This document shows positions 30,702 to 41,300 of a DNA stretch of 64,000 nt, in pieces (position 1 is the stretch's first letter; every line of letters starts with the position of its first letter). The stretch covers positions 4,979-68,978 of the forward strand of contig JARLIE010000218.1 of the NCBI GenBank assembly GCA_031291875.1, given 5' to 3'. The translations under genes were made by a program, and so were the position numbers. Source of the stretch: Minisyncoccota bacterium (GTDB lineage Bacteria > Patescibacteriota > Minisyncoccia > Phycocordibacterales > UBA2100). The notes beneath the pieces are model-generated. The model was not told the DNA's origin. It worked only from the letters and a program-made list of their open reading frames with translations, and did not search any database.

Positions 30702-31520
30702 CTAGCGAAGCTGTTTGAGACGAGCAATACCGCCCCAAAGGCCGCCGATATCGCCGAGCTCGGAGTGCACGATCTCGGGAAGACTCGGGAACTTGCGCAT
30801 GATTTCGGCGAGGTGGAATTTGACGCGTTCGACGGGTATGCCAATTTCGTTGAACATCGAGCCGCCGAGCACTACTCGATCCGGCGACCAATGCAGGATC
30901 GTGTTGTGGAGACCGTACGCGAATGTTTGCGCGAGCTCTTCCCATACCGGCGAATCTTTTTCGATATGTTTCGGATTGATTTCATATTTTTCCTGGACGG
31001 CCTTGCCCGAAACAAGCTCCTCGAGCGTGCGAGGATTCCCGCCGATGAAAAGATATTGCCCGCCGATCTCGAAGCCGTATGCCGCAGGATCGATGACCCC
31101 GTCGACGATGCGGACGCCATTTACGCCGGTCGAAACCGTCGCGTACACGAGAATATGTGCGCCCTTGCCCGCTCCATAAAACGCCTCTCCCAGGCCGACT
31201 TGCGCCGTGTCGTTCAAAAGATGCACCGTCGTCGAAAGCGCGGCTTCAAGCTCTCGAGCAAATGGTTTTCCACGCCAATCTGGCAAGTGCGGCGACGTGA
31301 GGGGCGTCTTGCCATCGTCGGAAACAACGCCGGTAATATCGATAGCCATTGCGTCGATCTTTTCATTTCCCGCCATTTGGCGGCACGCGCGAATAATATC
31401 GGCGATGCCGTCTGCGTAATTCTTCGGTGTCTCCATGATGAGCGGGTCGCCCAATTTCTCAAGATCGCCGCTCTTCGCGATGCGCGTTTTCGTGCCTCCG
31501 ATGTCCGCTACGATGTACAT
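30702..31520 (-). CDS. ROK family sugar kinase (probable glucokinase)
   Basis: DIGGTK, LNDT, STGVNG, EIG, LGG. Confidence 0.88.
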   Translation of the reverse strand: MYIVADIGGTKTRIAKSGDLEKLGDPLIMETPKNYADGIADIIRACRQMAGNEKIDAMAIDITGVVSDDGKTPLTSPHLPDWRGKPFARELEAALSTTVHLLNDTAQVGLGEAFYGAGKGAHILVYATVSTGVNGVRIVDGVIDPAAYGFEIGGQYLFIGGNPRTLEELVSGKAVQEKYEINPKHIEKDSPVWEELAQTFAYGLHNTILHWSPDRVVLGGSMFNEIGIPVERVKFHLAEIMRKFPSLPEIVHSELGDIGGLWGGIARLKQLR

Positions 31521-31523
31521 GGT

Positions 31524-32099
31524 TTATTCGACAACGAGAAGACCTCCGAAATCCGTTTTCCGCACCTCCTTGTAGTTCTTGTTGGGAAGAAGCGCGGGAG
31601 CGCCGTTTCGCTCGACGACATAGTACGCGAAGCCGTGCATCTTTTTGACCGCTTCGTAATCGGCGTGGCCGGGCATCGAGGCGGAGTCGTCCGGACCTTC
31701 GACGGGAGAATCGTCGACAAGCACCAGCCAGGTAGCACCGGTATTGGTCATCAAGTGTCCATATCCTGGCGGCATATACACGGAATCGCCCGCTTTCACA
31801 TTGATTGCCTTGAATTCTTCCACGACCGACGGGTCGCTCGAATCGACTAGCTTTTGTTGGAGCACCACACCTTCCCCAGAGACGAACCAGTAGGTCTCGT
31901 CTAAATTGCCGATGTGGTAGTGCCCATACGTTTTGATGTATTCGCCGCCGACGGTACCCGTTTCAAGCACTGTGATATTGCGTTTATTCTTCCCTCCTCG
32001 AATCATATAGTAATGAATCGACGGGCCCGAAGCGCTCGGGTCCAACAATACATCGGCCATCTTTTCCTGTGTTCGGGCTGCGTAGGGTTCGAATGTCAT
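31524..32099 (-). CDS. Cupin-type glucose-6-phosphate isomerase family protein
   Basis: GEYIKTYGHYH, ETY...GEG, PPGYGH..TN.G, DY. Confidence 0.85.
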   Translation of the reverse strand: MTFEPYAARTQEKMADVLLDPSASGPSIHYYMIRGGKNKRNITVLETGTVGGEYIKTYGHYHIGNLDETYWFVSGEGVVLQQKLVDSSDPSVVEEFKAINVKAGDSVYMPPGYGHLMTNTGATWLVLVDDSPVEGPDDSASMPGHADYEAVKKMHGFAYYVVERNGAPALLPNKNYKEVRKTDFGGLLVVE

Positions 32100-32157
32100 G
32101 GAACCATCTTACCACTTAAAAATGAAGAAAAAGTGCCGCTGAAAGGCCTCTATATTC

Positions 32158-34113
32158 CTACAAAGCAGGCAATTCCTTCATCTTTTTGAGGTACAAGAGC
32201 ACCGCATTGACGTAGGCGGCATGCGACCAGGCAAGCGGCGCGACGGAAACCTGTTCGCCTGTTTGCGGATGTTGCTGCTCGGATAGGACACCCGAGGGCT
32301 GGGCGTGCCGCACTACCCAATCAAACGTTTCGCGCACGCGCGCGAGGTCCGAGCGCTTCTTTGCACGCGCAATGAGGTATTCCGCGTACCAGAGCGTCGT
32401 CACAATCCATGGGTTGCCTTGAGACGGTCCTGGAATGCGGTAGTAGTCGTCGTCCTCAAAGCGAGCAATGCCGCCGGCGGAAATACCCTCACTCAACCGT
32501 ATGACGGTCGTTTGCCAGGCACGTTCAAGGCGTGGATCGTCCACCGGCAACATACCGAACGCAAATATGCCGTAGGCGCTCGAGGCATCCAGCGTGCGAT
32601 CGTACACGATGCCGTTTTTGGTATTCTCAAGCATGTTCACGAAATAACCGTTCTTTTCATCCCAAAGATTCTTAATGATCGCCTCGCGAATCTCGCTGGC
32701 CGCCGTTCGATACTTTTTTTCATTCTCCTTTTTTCCGACTGCCGCAGAGAGATCCGCTGCCGCGCTGAGCGCCGCGCTCGTTGCGGCGCAGGTGAACGTC
32801 AGTACGCCCCGCTTTCGCTCCCAAAGATCGTACGATGGCTGCGGCAAGCCGGTCGCCGGGTCGCGATAGTCGAGCATGAAATTCGCGGCTCGCTCGACGA
32901 TCGGTTCGTAATTCATTTCAAGCCATTCGATATCTTTCGCCGACTCGAATTCGCGCGCCGCCGTAAGCACGACGAGCGCCGTTTCGTCCTCCTGAATCGG
33001 CAGCTGCATTTCGCCATCTTTCCACCACGGATGCCAGGAGCTTCCGAGCGACATGTCGGGCAAATATTTGTGGAGGAAATACCCGTTTTTCGTAATCGTG
33101 TGTCTGCAAAATTCCAGGAATCGTTTGGCGATGACGGTGTCACCTGCCTCGATCAATACTTGGGCGATCATCGAGGCGTCTCGCGGCCAGATGTAGGAGT
33201 ACGTATCGAGCGCGAATTGCAAAATATCGGAATCGAGCGAGGCGATGATGCCGCCATCTTGATCGACGTGCGCGCGCATATACATAAGCGATTTTTTGAA
33301 CAGCGCTGCATGCTGATCGGGTAAATCTGCGAACTCGCGCGTCCCGAGCCATTCCTTCCAAAGGTCGTCCGCGTTGCGCACCAAATACTCGGCACTTTTC
33401 TTTATAATGTAGGTGTTCAATTCCTGCGCCTCCTGGATGAACTGTGCCGCCGCGATCCAATAGTGCGCGACGCGCACCTGTTGAGAATCGTACTCACCAT
33501 AGACGCCAAGCACCGAATCCGCCGGCCCATGCTCGATCGGATTCTTACTAAGTTGGCCGTCCTCGGCATCTTTGTGCGATCCCTCCTTGCCTTGGAAATT
33601 CATGCGGCCGGTCGCGAAGTCTTGAAACGGCTCATCGTCGAGCGTCGCGTTCATCAAAAATACGCGACGACCTTTGTAATGAATAATCGAATGTGAAATC
33701 GGATCGAAGTAGGCAGTGTCGCTGCCGTGGGATTTATATATCTCGTATTGATGCGCAAAGTACAACTTGATGGCGCGCTTTTGACCGAGGTTGCGTACTG
33801 TAATTCTTCGTATAAACACCGGCCTATCGCTATACACCATGTCGGTGAACGTAAGCTCGATACCGAGCTGTTCGTGCTTCGCAGTAATTGCGCTCTGAAG
33901 CGCCTCGTCTTCGCAACCCACCGTGATTTGCCATGCCGGATCGTCAGAGAGCCAGCTCAAACGACCATCGACCCAAATACCGACACGGTGCACATAATGG
34001 CCACGCACATGATCTTCTTGCCCGACATGGGGAAAGTAGATATCGCGAACAGCGCCGCGGTTATCGAGCGCAACGGCGAGCTGTCCATTGGAAAGAACAA
34101 TGGAACGGGACAT
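32158..34113 (-). CDS. Glycoside hydrolase family 15 (glucoamylase-like)
   Basis: YSYIWPRD, QEDET, YDLWE, LSEQ, PLAWSHA. Confidence 0.92.
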   Translation of the reverse strand: MSRSIVLSNGQLAVALDNRGAVRDIYFPHVGQEDHVRGHYVHRVGIWVDGRLSWLSDDPAWQITVGCEDEALQSAITAKHEQLGIELTFTDMVYSDRPVFIRRITVRNLGQKRAIKLYFAHQYEIYKSHGSDTAYFDPISHSIIHYKGRRVFLMNATLDDEPFQDFATGRMNFQGKEGSHKDAEDGQLSKNPIEHGPADSVLGVYGEYDSQQVRVAHYWIAAAQFIQEAQELNTYIIKKSAEYLVRNADDLWKEWLGTREFADLPDQHAALFKKSLMYMRAHVDQDGGIIASLDSDILQFALDTYSYIWPRDASMIAQVLIEAGDTVIAKRFLEFCRHTITKNGYFLHKYLPDMSLGSSWHPWWKDGEMQLPIQEDETALVVLTAAREFESAKDIEWLEMNYEPIVERAANFMLDYRDPATGLPQPSYDLWERKRGVLTFTCAATSAALSAAADLSAAVGKKENEKKYRTAASEIREAIIKNLWDEKNGYFVNMLENTKNGIVYDRTLDASSAYGIFAFGMLPVDDPRLERAWQTTVIRLSEGISAGGIARFEDDDYYRIPGPSQGNPWIVTTLWYAEYLIARAKKRSDLARVRETFDWVVRHAQPSGVLSEQQHPQTGEQVSVAPLAWSHAAYVNAVLLYLKKMKELPAL

Positions 34114-34178
34114 ACAAAAAGTATATCGCATAATCCGCGACCTTCACGAGACCGAAGCTCGATAAACAGGAGAACGTA

Positions 34179-35375
34179 TTAGACGCCTCGCTTTTCCAAA
34201 CGCAATTTCAGATCCTGGAGCGCATTCATGTACGCGATATGCGCGTCATAGGGCGATTCGTACGGCGAAAAGTACGCGTGCACGTCGCCGTCGCTAAACC
34301 ACTTGGTGCACATGTAGTAGAAGTGATCGGAGGTTTGGAGGCGACGCCAATCCTCAAGAAGCTTTAGATCGTTCGAAAGAAGAATCTTTTCCTCGAGCGC
34401 ATAGATGGCATCGAGCGCGGAGCGCTGCATAGGATTCCCCGTCCATGCAGTGAGGTCGCGGTCGGTGTCGGCCCAGGTGACCGTATGCGGCATATCGACT
34501 TCGTCCCGCACGTCATATGCGGCGATGACTTCTGAAGGTGTTTTGAAATCCATTCCGGGATTCTTTGCCAGCTCTTCTGGCAGCTTTTCGAGAAATTGAA
34601 AGATGCCGCTATCTTCCCACTGGTGTTCGCCGAACGTTTCGTAGTCCATAAAAAGATTCACCACATCCCCTTCTGCAACGCCAAGCCACTGCGCGTACTT
34701 TTCCGCCGAAAGCGGGAACTCGCTCCAGTCGCGAGAAGAGAAACGAAATGCAACGTCGTCGGAGAGACGGTAATTTTTCAAAAGGAGCCGTGCGTTTTGC
34801 GAACCCTTCGGTCGGTACACGTAGTTGGGTGATCGCCAGCCGAGTACCGGATCCCAACCTTCGGTAAGAATACCTGCATAGCCGTTGCGATCCGCCCATT
34901 CTCCGAGATCGTTGCGGTATGAAAGCTCAGTGTTGCGAAATACGCGAGGCCAAACGCCGAACAGCTTGCGGACCGTTTCCCGGTGCTTCGCGACCTGTCG
35001 CTCAAACTCCGAGGGCGAGTAGAAAAACGCGAGTGAGTGATAGTATGTTTCGCCAAGAACCTCGACGCGGCCGGTGTCGATCAATTCTTTGAAGAGCGCG
35101 ATCACTTCCGGCGTGTAGTGCTGCATCTGCTCAAGCGCAACGCCCGAGAACGAGAACGAGACTTTCATTTCTGGATGTCGATGCAGCAGCTCGATCAAGA
35201 GCTTCGTCGTCGGAATGTACGACTTGCGAGCTACTTTCTCGAGTATTTGGCGATTGTTCAACTTACTATCGCTGCGGTCGTTGAAATATTCCGGGTCATT
35301 ACCAATATCAAACACGCGATAATTCTTCACGCGATACGGCTGGTGCACCTGAAAATAAAAGCAGACCGACTTCAT
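34179..35375 (-). CDS. Glycoside hydrolase family 57 (alpha-amylase-like)
   Basis: FQVHQP, ETYYHSL, FRNTEL, FMDYETFGEH, QTSDHFYYM. Confidence 0.93.
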   Translation of the reverse strand: MKSVCFYFQVHQPYRVKNYRVFDIGNDPEYFNDRSDSKLNNRQILEKVARKSYIPTTKLLIELLHRHPEMKVSFSFSGVALEQMQHYTPEVIALFKELIDTGRVEVLGETYYHSLAFFYSPSEFERQVAKHRETVRKLFGVWPRVFRNTELSYRNDLGEWADRNGYAGILTEGWDPVLGWRSPNYVYRPKGSQNARLLLKNYRLSDDVAFRFSSRDWSEFPLSAEKYAQWLGVAEGDVVNLFMDYETFGEHQWEDSGIFQFLEKLPEELAKNPGMDFKTPSEVIAAYDVRDEVDMPHTVTWADTDRDLTAWTGNPMQRSALDAIYALEEKILLSNDLKLLEDWRRLQTSDHFYYMCTKWFSDGDVHAYFSPYESPYDAHIAYMNALQDLKLRLEKRGV

Positions 35376-35388
35376 ACGGTTTCGTAGC

Positions 35389-36615
35389 TCATTGTACACC
35401 CGCAAAGAGCGTTTCTTGCAGGACGTTTTCCACCTTTCCGGCGGCGTCTTCCCAGGTAATAGCCTGAACTTCTTGTTGGCCGTTTTCGGAAAGCGTTTGT
35501 TTCAATCCCTTGTGGTGGACAACGCCGAGAATCTTGTTGGTCATTTCGTCGACATCCCAAAAATCGACCTTGAGCGCGTGGCGAACCTTTTCCGCAGCAC
35601 CGGATTGTTTCGAAAGCAAAACCGGCGTGCCGTTTTTCATAGCTTCAAGGGCAGTGATGCCAAACGGTTCGGAAACGGACGGCATAACGAAGAGATCTGC
35701 AGCTCGATACACCTCCGTGCGCTCATTACCGCGCAAAAAGCCGGTGAACAGCACCCGGTCGGAAATTCCCAGCTTTGCGGCCATATCCATAATCTGCCGT
35801 TCCATGTCGCCCGAGCCGGAGAGGAAGAAAACAACTTTCGGATCGCGGGACAAGACGCTCTTTGCGGCGCGCAAAAAGTAATCGGGACCCTTTTGCATCG
35901 TGATGCGGCCAAGGAAAAGAACGATGGAGTATCCGGCGGCCTTTAGGTGCTTGAGGCGCAGCGTATCGTTCGCGACACCCGGCTCGGTAGAGTCGTCGAT
36001 GCCGTTGTGCACCACTTTTATTTTCGATTCCGGTATTCCGTAAAAACGAACGATGAGATCTTTGGTGTACTGCGACACGGCAATCACGCGATCAGCGACC
36101 TCCATCCCCTCTTTTTCAATCGCGTAGACGTCCTGGTTCACTCCCATAGGACCGCCGCAGCGGTCGAAATCCGTCGCATGCACGTGTACGATAAGCGGTT
36201 TGCCGGAAAGACGCTTCGCCTCAATGCCGGCGCCAAACGAGAGCCAATCGTGGGCATAAATAATATCAAACTGATTTTCTTCTTCCTGTGCGATTTGGCC
36301 GCCGAGCAGCGCGTAGCGCTGCACTTCGCTAAAAAGATCGCTGCCGTAAATACCGATGTCGTGAACTGCGCGCGAATAGTTGCCGCTACCGATGTAGGGC
36401 CTAAGCGGCGAGTTTACCGCGCGGCCCTGGATTCCAGTCTCGGCAAAAACAAAACGCGCCCATGGCGCGCCGACCTGAATCTTTTTTGGCATGACGAATG
36501 TTATTTCAATACCCCGAGCCGCAAGCGCACGCGTAAGACCCTGACAAGCAACGCCTAAACCGCCGCTGTTGTGCGGTGGAAATTCCCAACCAAACATAAG
36601 CACGCGCGTTTTCAT
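35389..36615 (-). CDS. GT4 glycosyltransferase (glycogen synthase-like)
   Basis: FGWEFPP..SGGLG, AHDW, GR...QKGP, PSVSEPFGI.ALEA. Confidence 0.9.
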   Translation of the reverse strand: MKTRVLMFGWEFPPHNSGGLGVACQGLTRALAARGIEITFVMPKKIQVGAPWARFVFAETGIQGRAVNSPLRPYIGSGNYSRAVHDIGIYGSDLFSEVQRYALLGGQIAQEEENQFDIIYAHDWLSFGAGIEAKRLSGKPLIVHVHATDFDRCGGPMGVNQDVYAIEKEGMEVADRVIAVSQYTKDLIVRFYGIPESKIKVVHNGIDDSTEPGVANDTLRLKHLKAAGYSIVLFLGRITMQKGPDYFLRAAKSVLSRDPKVVFFLSGSGDMERQIMDMAAKLGISDRVLFTGFLRGNERTEVYRAADLFVMPSVSEPFGITALEAMKNGTPVLLSKQSGAAEKVRHALKVDFWDVDEMTNKILGVVHHKGLKQTLSENGQQEVQAITWEDAAGKVENVLQETLFAGVQ

Positions 36616-36740
36616 CCGAATTGAGACTAGAAAAGTGGCCCCGCGTCAATCTTACACCCGCCTGTGGATAAGATTGTGGAAAAACATGTGGAAAACGGCC
36701 ATTTTTCTTACCCTAGCCCGTTTCGTGGTACCTTTTGTAG

Positions 36741-37493
36741 ATGGATTGCCCCAAAGCGGCGCTTTTTGACCTCGACGATACCTTAGCCGAGAGCTTTAAA
36801 GCCCCGTCAGAGGCTATGGTTGCCCGAGTCGCTCGCCTTGCCGAGCTCATGCCCGTTGCCATCCTTTCGGGCGCGAGTTACGAGCGCATGAAGGAGGAGA
36901 TTTTGGATCCCATCCTTGGCTTGGGAAAAACGGTACGGCTGTATGCCTTCCCCGACAGTGCATCTATTGCCTACACACTCGTGGACGACGCTTGGCAGGA
37001 GGCCTATTCGCTCGCGTTTACACCGGAGCAGCTTGAGCGTATTCGCTCGATCATTGAGGAGTGTGTTTCTCAGCACGACATAGCATCCGGCATGCCGTAC
37101 GAACCTCAAATCCTGCTGGAAAAGACTCAGGTGCGCTACGCAGCGCTCGGCCTCAATGCGACGGAAGCGGACAAGAACACCTGGGATCCCGATCAGGTGA
37201 AGCGACGTGCACTCAAGACGCTTCTCGACCAAAAGTTGCCGGAATGCGAGGTTTTGATCGGCGGACGAACGACCATCGATATCACCCGCAAAGGGGTCGA
37301 CAAAGCCTACGGCGTTCGCTGGTTCTCTGAGTACTTGCACATTCCTGCGCAGGAGATGTTCTACGTCGGCGACGCGCTCTATGAGGGCGGTAACGACCAG
37401 GTAGTTATCTCAACCGGCATACAAGCCCGACAAACGAGCGGCCCCGAAGAAACACTTTCTATCCTCGACGAACTGCTCGCCATCGCGCAGTAG
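36741..37493 (+). CDS. HAD-IIB hydrolase
   Basis: FDLDDTLA, WDPD, GGRTTIDIT..GVDK, YVGDAL.EGGND. Confidence 0.87.
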   Translation: MDCPKAALFDLDDTLAESFKAPSEAMVARVARLAELMPVAILSGASYERMKEEILDPILGLGKTVRLYAFPDSASIAYTLVDDAWQEAYSLAFTPEQLERIRSIIEECVSQHDIASGMPYEPQILLEKTQVRYAALGLNATEADKNTWDPDQVKRRALKTLLDQKLPECEVLIGGRTTIDITRKGVDKAYGVRWFSEYLHIPAQEMFYVGDALYEGGNDQVVISTGIQARQTSGPEETLSILDELLAIAQ

Positions 37494-37513
37494 CAATTTT
37501 GAATACATCGCAA

Positions 37514-37539
37514 AACAGGCGGCTATTCGGCCGCCTGTT
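37514..37539. terminator. Bidirectional intrinsic terminator
   Basis: AACAGGCGGC-tattcg-GCCGCCTGTT between convergent genes. Confidence 0.8.
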
Positions 37540-37556
37540 GTTTGTTGTCGTTTGAC

Positions 37557-38300
37557 CTAGGCTGCGCGGTACCTGCGCCACGCCCAGTAGATTGCCCCAA
37601 GCACAATCACGGCAAGCAGTGTCCACCATACCCACGCGGGAACGCCGTTGAACGCCTCGGCAACTGCCGCAGTCTGCGAGCTCGTAGCTACCAATGCGGC
37701 GGCCGCTTCCTGATTTGTGCCGGTCGCCGTTGTCGCGCTCGTCGTCGAACCCGACGTAGGGACAATAGCGTTATTCGGTACTGGCACCTGCGCCGTTCCC
37801 TGCGTTGCAGGAGTGGTCGGTGCTGATGCGTTCGCGACCGTTACCGTGACCGAACCTTGCGATCCGGAAAGCTCGTTGTTGCTACCGCCATCCAAAAGGA
37901 TCGAATTGCCGTCGACCGTGATAGTTGCCTTTCCCGCCTGCTTCGCGCGGAACGTGAGCGTTCCCAAAACGGTTGGGGAACTGAATCCCGCCGGATAGCC
38001 GCCTGTTTTAATGACGGTGCCGTTTGTGTTGTCCATAAGATCGTACCCGCTCTGGGTAACGGCGATCCACGTCGGCGCAAGCGAGAAGGCGGTCGCCGAG
38101 AGGATATTCGAGTTGAACTGAATGTTCGCGCTCGAAGTGTAGAGCGGCGTTCCGCTCGGGGTCGCCGTGACAGTGACCGTGAATGTCTGTCCTGCGACAA
38201 CAGTGACCGTCGAAGGTGTCAGCTGGATCGAAGCCGCAAGCGCGAGCGACGGGACCAGGAAGAGCGTGCCGATGACGAGATTTGTTACGAGTTTGTTCAT
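37557..38300 (-). CDS. Cohesin-domain protein with signal peptide and C-terminal TM anchor
   Basis: L.PS..TV..GQTFTVTV, I.FN..IL, GTLTFRAK..G.ATI cohesin-like pattern; T/P/A linker; WVWWTLLAVIVLGAIYWAWRR. Confidence 0.75.
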   Translation of the reverse strand: MNKLVTNLVIGTLFLVPSLALAASIQLTPSTVTVVAGQTFTVTVTATPSGTPLYTSSANIQFNSNILSATAFSLAPTWIAVTQSGYDLMDNTNGTVIKTGGYPAGFSSPTVLGTLTFRAKQAGKATITVDGNSILLDGGSNNELSGSQGSVTVTVANASAPTTPATQGTAQVPVPNNAIVPTSGSTTSATTATGTNQEAAAALVATSSQTAAVAEAFNGVPAWVWWTLLAVIVLGAIYWAWRRYRAA

Positions 38301-38301
38301 A

Positions 38302-41300
38302 CTAGATAATCCAGTGGGTAAGGAAGTTGTTAAGGTCCAATAAGTTTACGGTGCCGTCGTTGTTGAAGTCTCCGGGGATATTCGAACCACTCTTGCCCCA
38401 GTTGGCGAACAGGATGTTGAGGTCGAAGATATCTACCTTGCCGTCGTGGTTGAGGTCGTACGGCGAGTAGCTCTGCCCGATCGGGCCGTTGCCGCCGCCG
38501 CTTCCTCCTGAATTTGAATTGGAGTTGGAATTGGAATTCGAGTTCGAATTCGAGTTGCTCTGAGCCGCGTACGTGAAGGTAATCTTTGCATCACTCGCGA
38601 TCGTTTCACCCGCCATGTCTTTGACCGAACCGGAAGGGATGGTCACCGTGACCGCGCCGTTTGCGGCCGGCGTCACATCGAACGTAACTGTCGTGCTAGC
38701 CGCGCTGATTTGAATGTTGCCGACAATACCATTACCTACTGTCAGATCACTCGTGTCGAAGCCTCGAATCGGCTGCGAGAATGTTGCCGTGATATGAATC
38801 GGATTGTCACTAATCGTAGTTGTCGTCGCAGAGGTCGAAGTGAGATTGACCGTCTCAGGACCCTCGACGATGACGGTGCGAGTCGCGTATCCCGTGTTAT
38901 TGCCACCGTCTGTTGCGGCATAGAGGATCGTGTGCGTGCCCGGAGTCGTGGTGCTCAGAAGGTTCGCCGTATTGAAGGCTGTTTCCGACGTGGTCGCCTC
39001 CCCGTCAAACGAAAGGCTGTAGCTGATACCGTTGGTCGGTGTGTCAGTCACGGTCACTCCCTGATCTAAGTAGCTCGCGCTGAATCCGATGTAGGTCGGG
39101 TTGTTGCCGACAATCGTGAGGACCGGCGTCGTCGTGTCTTTAATTGTGACCGTAACGGTTGCTGGCGCGGAGTCCCCTACTGCGTTGTGCGCTTCATACG
39201 TGAACGTGTCGGTTCCCGCATAGTTTGCATTCGGGGTGTACTTGATTTCATTGCCGACAACCGTCGCGCTGCCGTTACTTGGTGCACTCACTTTTGTTGC
39301 GTCGATGCTGGTCGCACCTGTGTCGTTCGCAAGCACGTCGATCGTCGCTGATTGGTTCATAGTAATGGTCGCGCTGTCGTTAACGGCTGTCGGGACTGTC
39401 GGCGGAGCTGACGAGGTGACTGCCGTTTGCTGACCGCCGTTGTACCACTGACCGTTCACGTGGGACCATGCGACGTAGTAGTAGGTTGTGCTGGGCGTAA
39501 TCGTCGCCATGTTGGCGTTGACGCCGCCGGTCGTAATGCCATTGGTGGTCACGAGCGAAAGCTGATCGGAGAACGGCGAGCTGGTACCGACCGCCGAGAG
39601 AACCGGGGTCGAATAGACGCCTGTGGGAATGTTGTTGGGGTTCGAGAAGTCGATCGAAGAGGTGGAGACCCAGAACGATTCTGCATCCGCCGTGACCCCA
39701 CCGTTGGTTGCGTTCAATGTCGCGTCGACGCTCGAGAGATTCGTTGCCGCATTTGTCGTCACACCCGGAATTCCTACCGCCGGGCCGTTACCGGTCGTAA
39801 AGCTTTGTTCTGCGCCCGGGTACCAGGTGCCACCGACATTCGCCCATGCGACGTAGTAGTACGTGGTGTTAGGTTGGATTGTCGGAAGATTGCTCGGGAT
39901 TCCGTGGGTTGTCGCGATCGAGAGTTGATCGGAGAACGGCGTGTTGGCAGAGACCGTATTGGTAACCGGAGTCGAAACAACGCCGGAAGGAATGTTAGTC
40001 GGATTGGAGGTGTCGATGGGCGAAGTGGTGGAGATCCAGAACGAAACCTGACTCGCATCACTTTGACCTACCGTGCCGTTGAGCTGCGCATCGTACGGCG
40101 TGACATTGCTGGCAAGATCGGTCGTAACGGTTGCGTCCGACGTCGTCATGAAGGTGTCGACACTGCCCGGGTACCAGATGCCGTTGGATTGAATCCAGGC
40201 GACAAAGTAGTACTTCGTGTTCGATACAAGACCAGAAAGCGCCTTACTGAACTGACCGCCAGCGCTTGTTGCCCCAAGACCACTGTCGTGCGTCCAACCG
40301 GAAGCCGGGAACTCACTGGAGCCCGGGTCCGTGCCGGCACTAAGCGTGCCGCTGATCGGCGTTGTACCCCACCAGAAGGAGGTGTTGTCGGCGTTCATCG
40401 ATCCGACGGTTCCGTTTGCTATCGCACTGCTGCTGCCAACACTTGTTGCAGCGTCAGTAGTGACGGTGGGAACCGAACCGTTCGAGGTTGTGAATGTTTC
40501 AACACTGCCCGGGTACCATGTACCGCCGATCTGAACCCATGCAACGAAGTAATACTGGGTGTTCGGTGAGAGTGGCTTTATCGATTCGCTGAAGTTTGCG
40601 TTCGCTGAAGCATTGCTGAGTCCGCTGTCGTGCTGCCAGCCGGAAGCCGGAAATTCTGTTGAACCCGGATCAGTTCCTGCCACGAGTGACATTGTAATCG
40701 GCGTGGTTCCCCACCAGAATGAGGTGTTGTCCGCGGCCGTCGCGCCGTCAGTGCCGTTAAGGGTCGCGTCGACTGTGTTTACCGGATTTGCGGGGTCAGT
40801 GATTACCTTTGCGTTGTTCGGATCAAATACGACGCACTGTGTGTCGCCATTTTGCGGAACGAAGGTAAGTTCTTGATTGTCGTTTGTTCCCGAGGTGTCT
40901 CCATCGCCCTTGCAATACAAACCAAGAGGCGCGTTTGCGGGAAGCTGATTGCCGCTCGCATCCGTTTCCGCGATGAGGTAGCGGCCGCTTGCCGGAACGG
41001 AAAGTGTGAGAACACCGTTTGCATCTGTAGCGCCGCCGAGCGTGAACGGTTGTCCGAGTTCAGGATACGGACTATTCGCATCAATCTGAGTTCCGTGAAC
41101 ATAACCGATGTGTACACCTTGTTCTGGAGTACAACCTACCGGAACTGTGCCGCCGATGCCACTTTGCGCGCGCGTTACAACCGTAGTAGCGGGGCACGTA
41201 TATGCAGTAACGTCGATGTTGCCATTGATTGTTGAAGACGTGAGATCGACGTTTGAGATGATGAAACCTTTTCCTGCAGTTGAGGGAGCAGCGGAAACAC

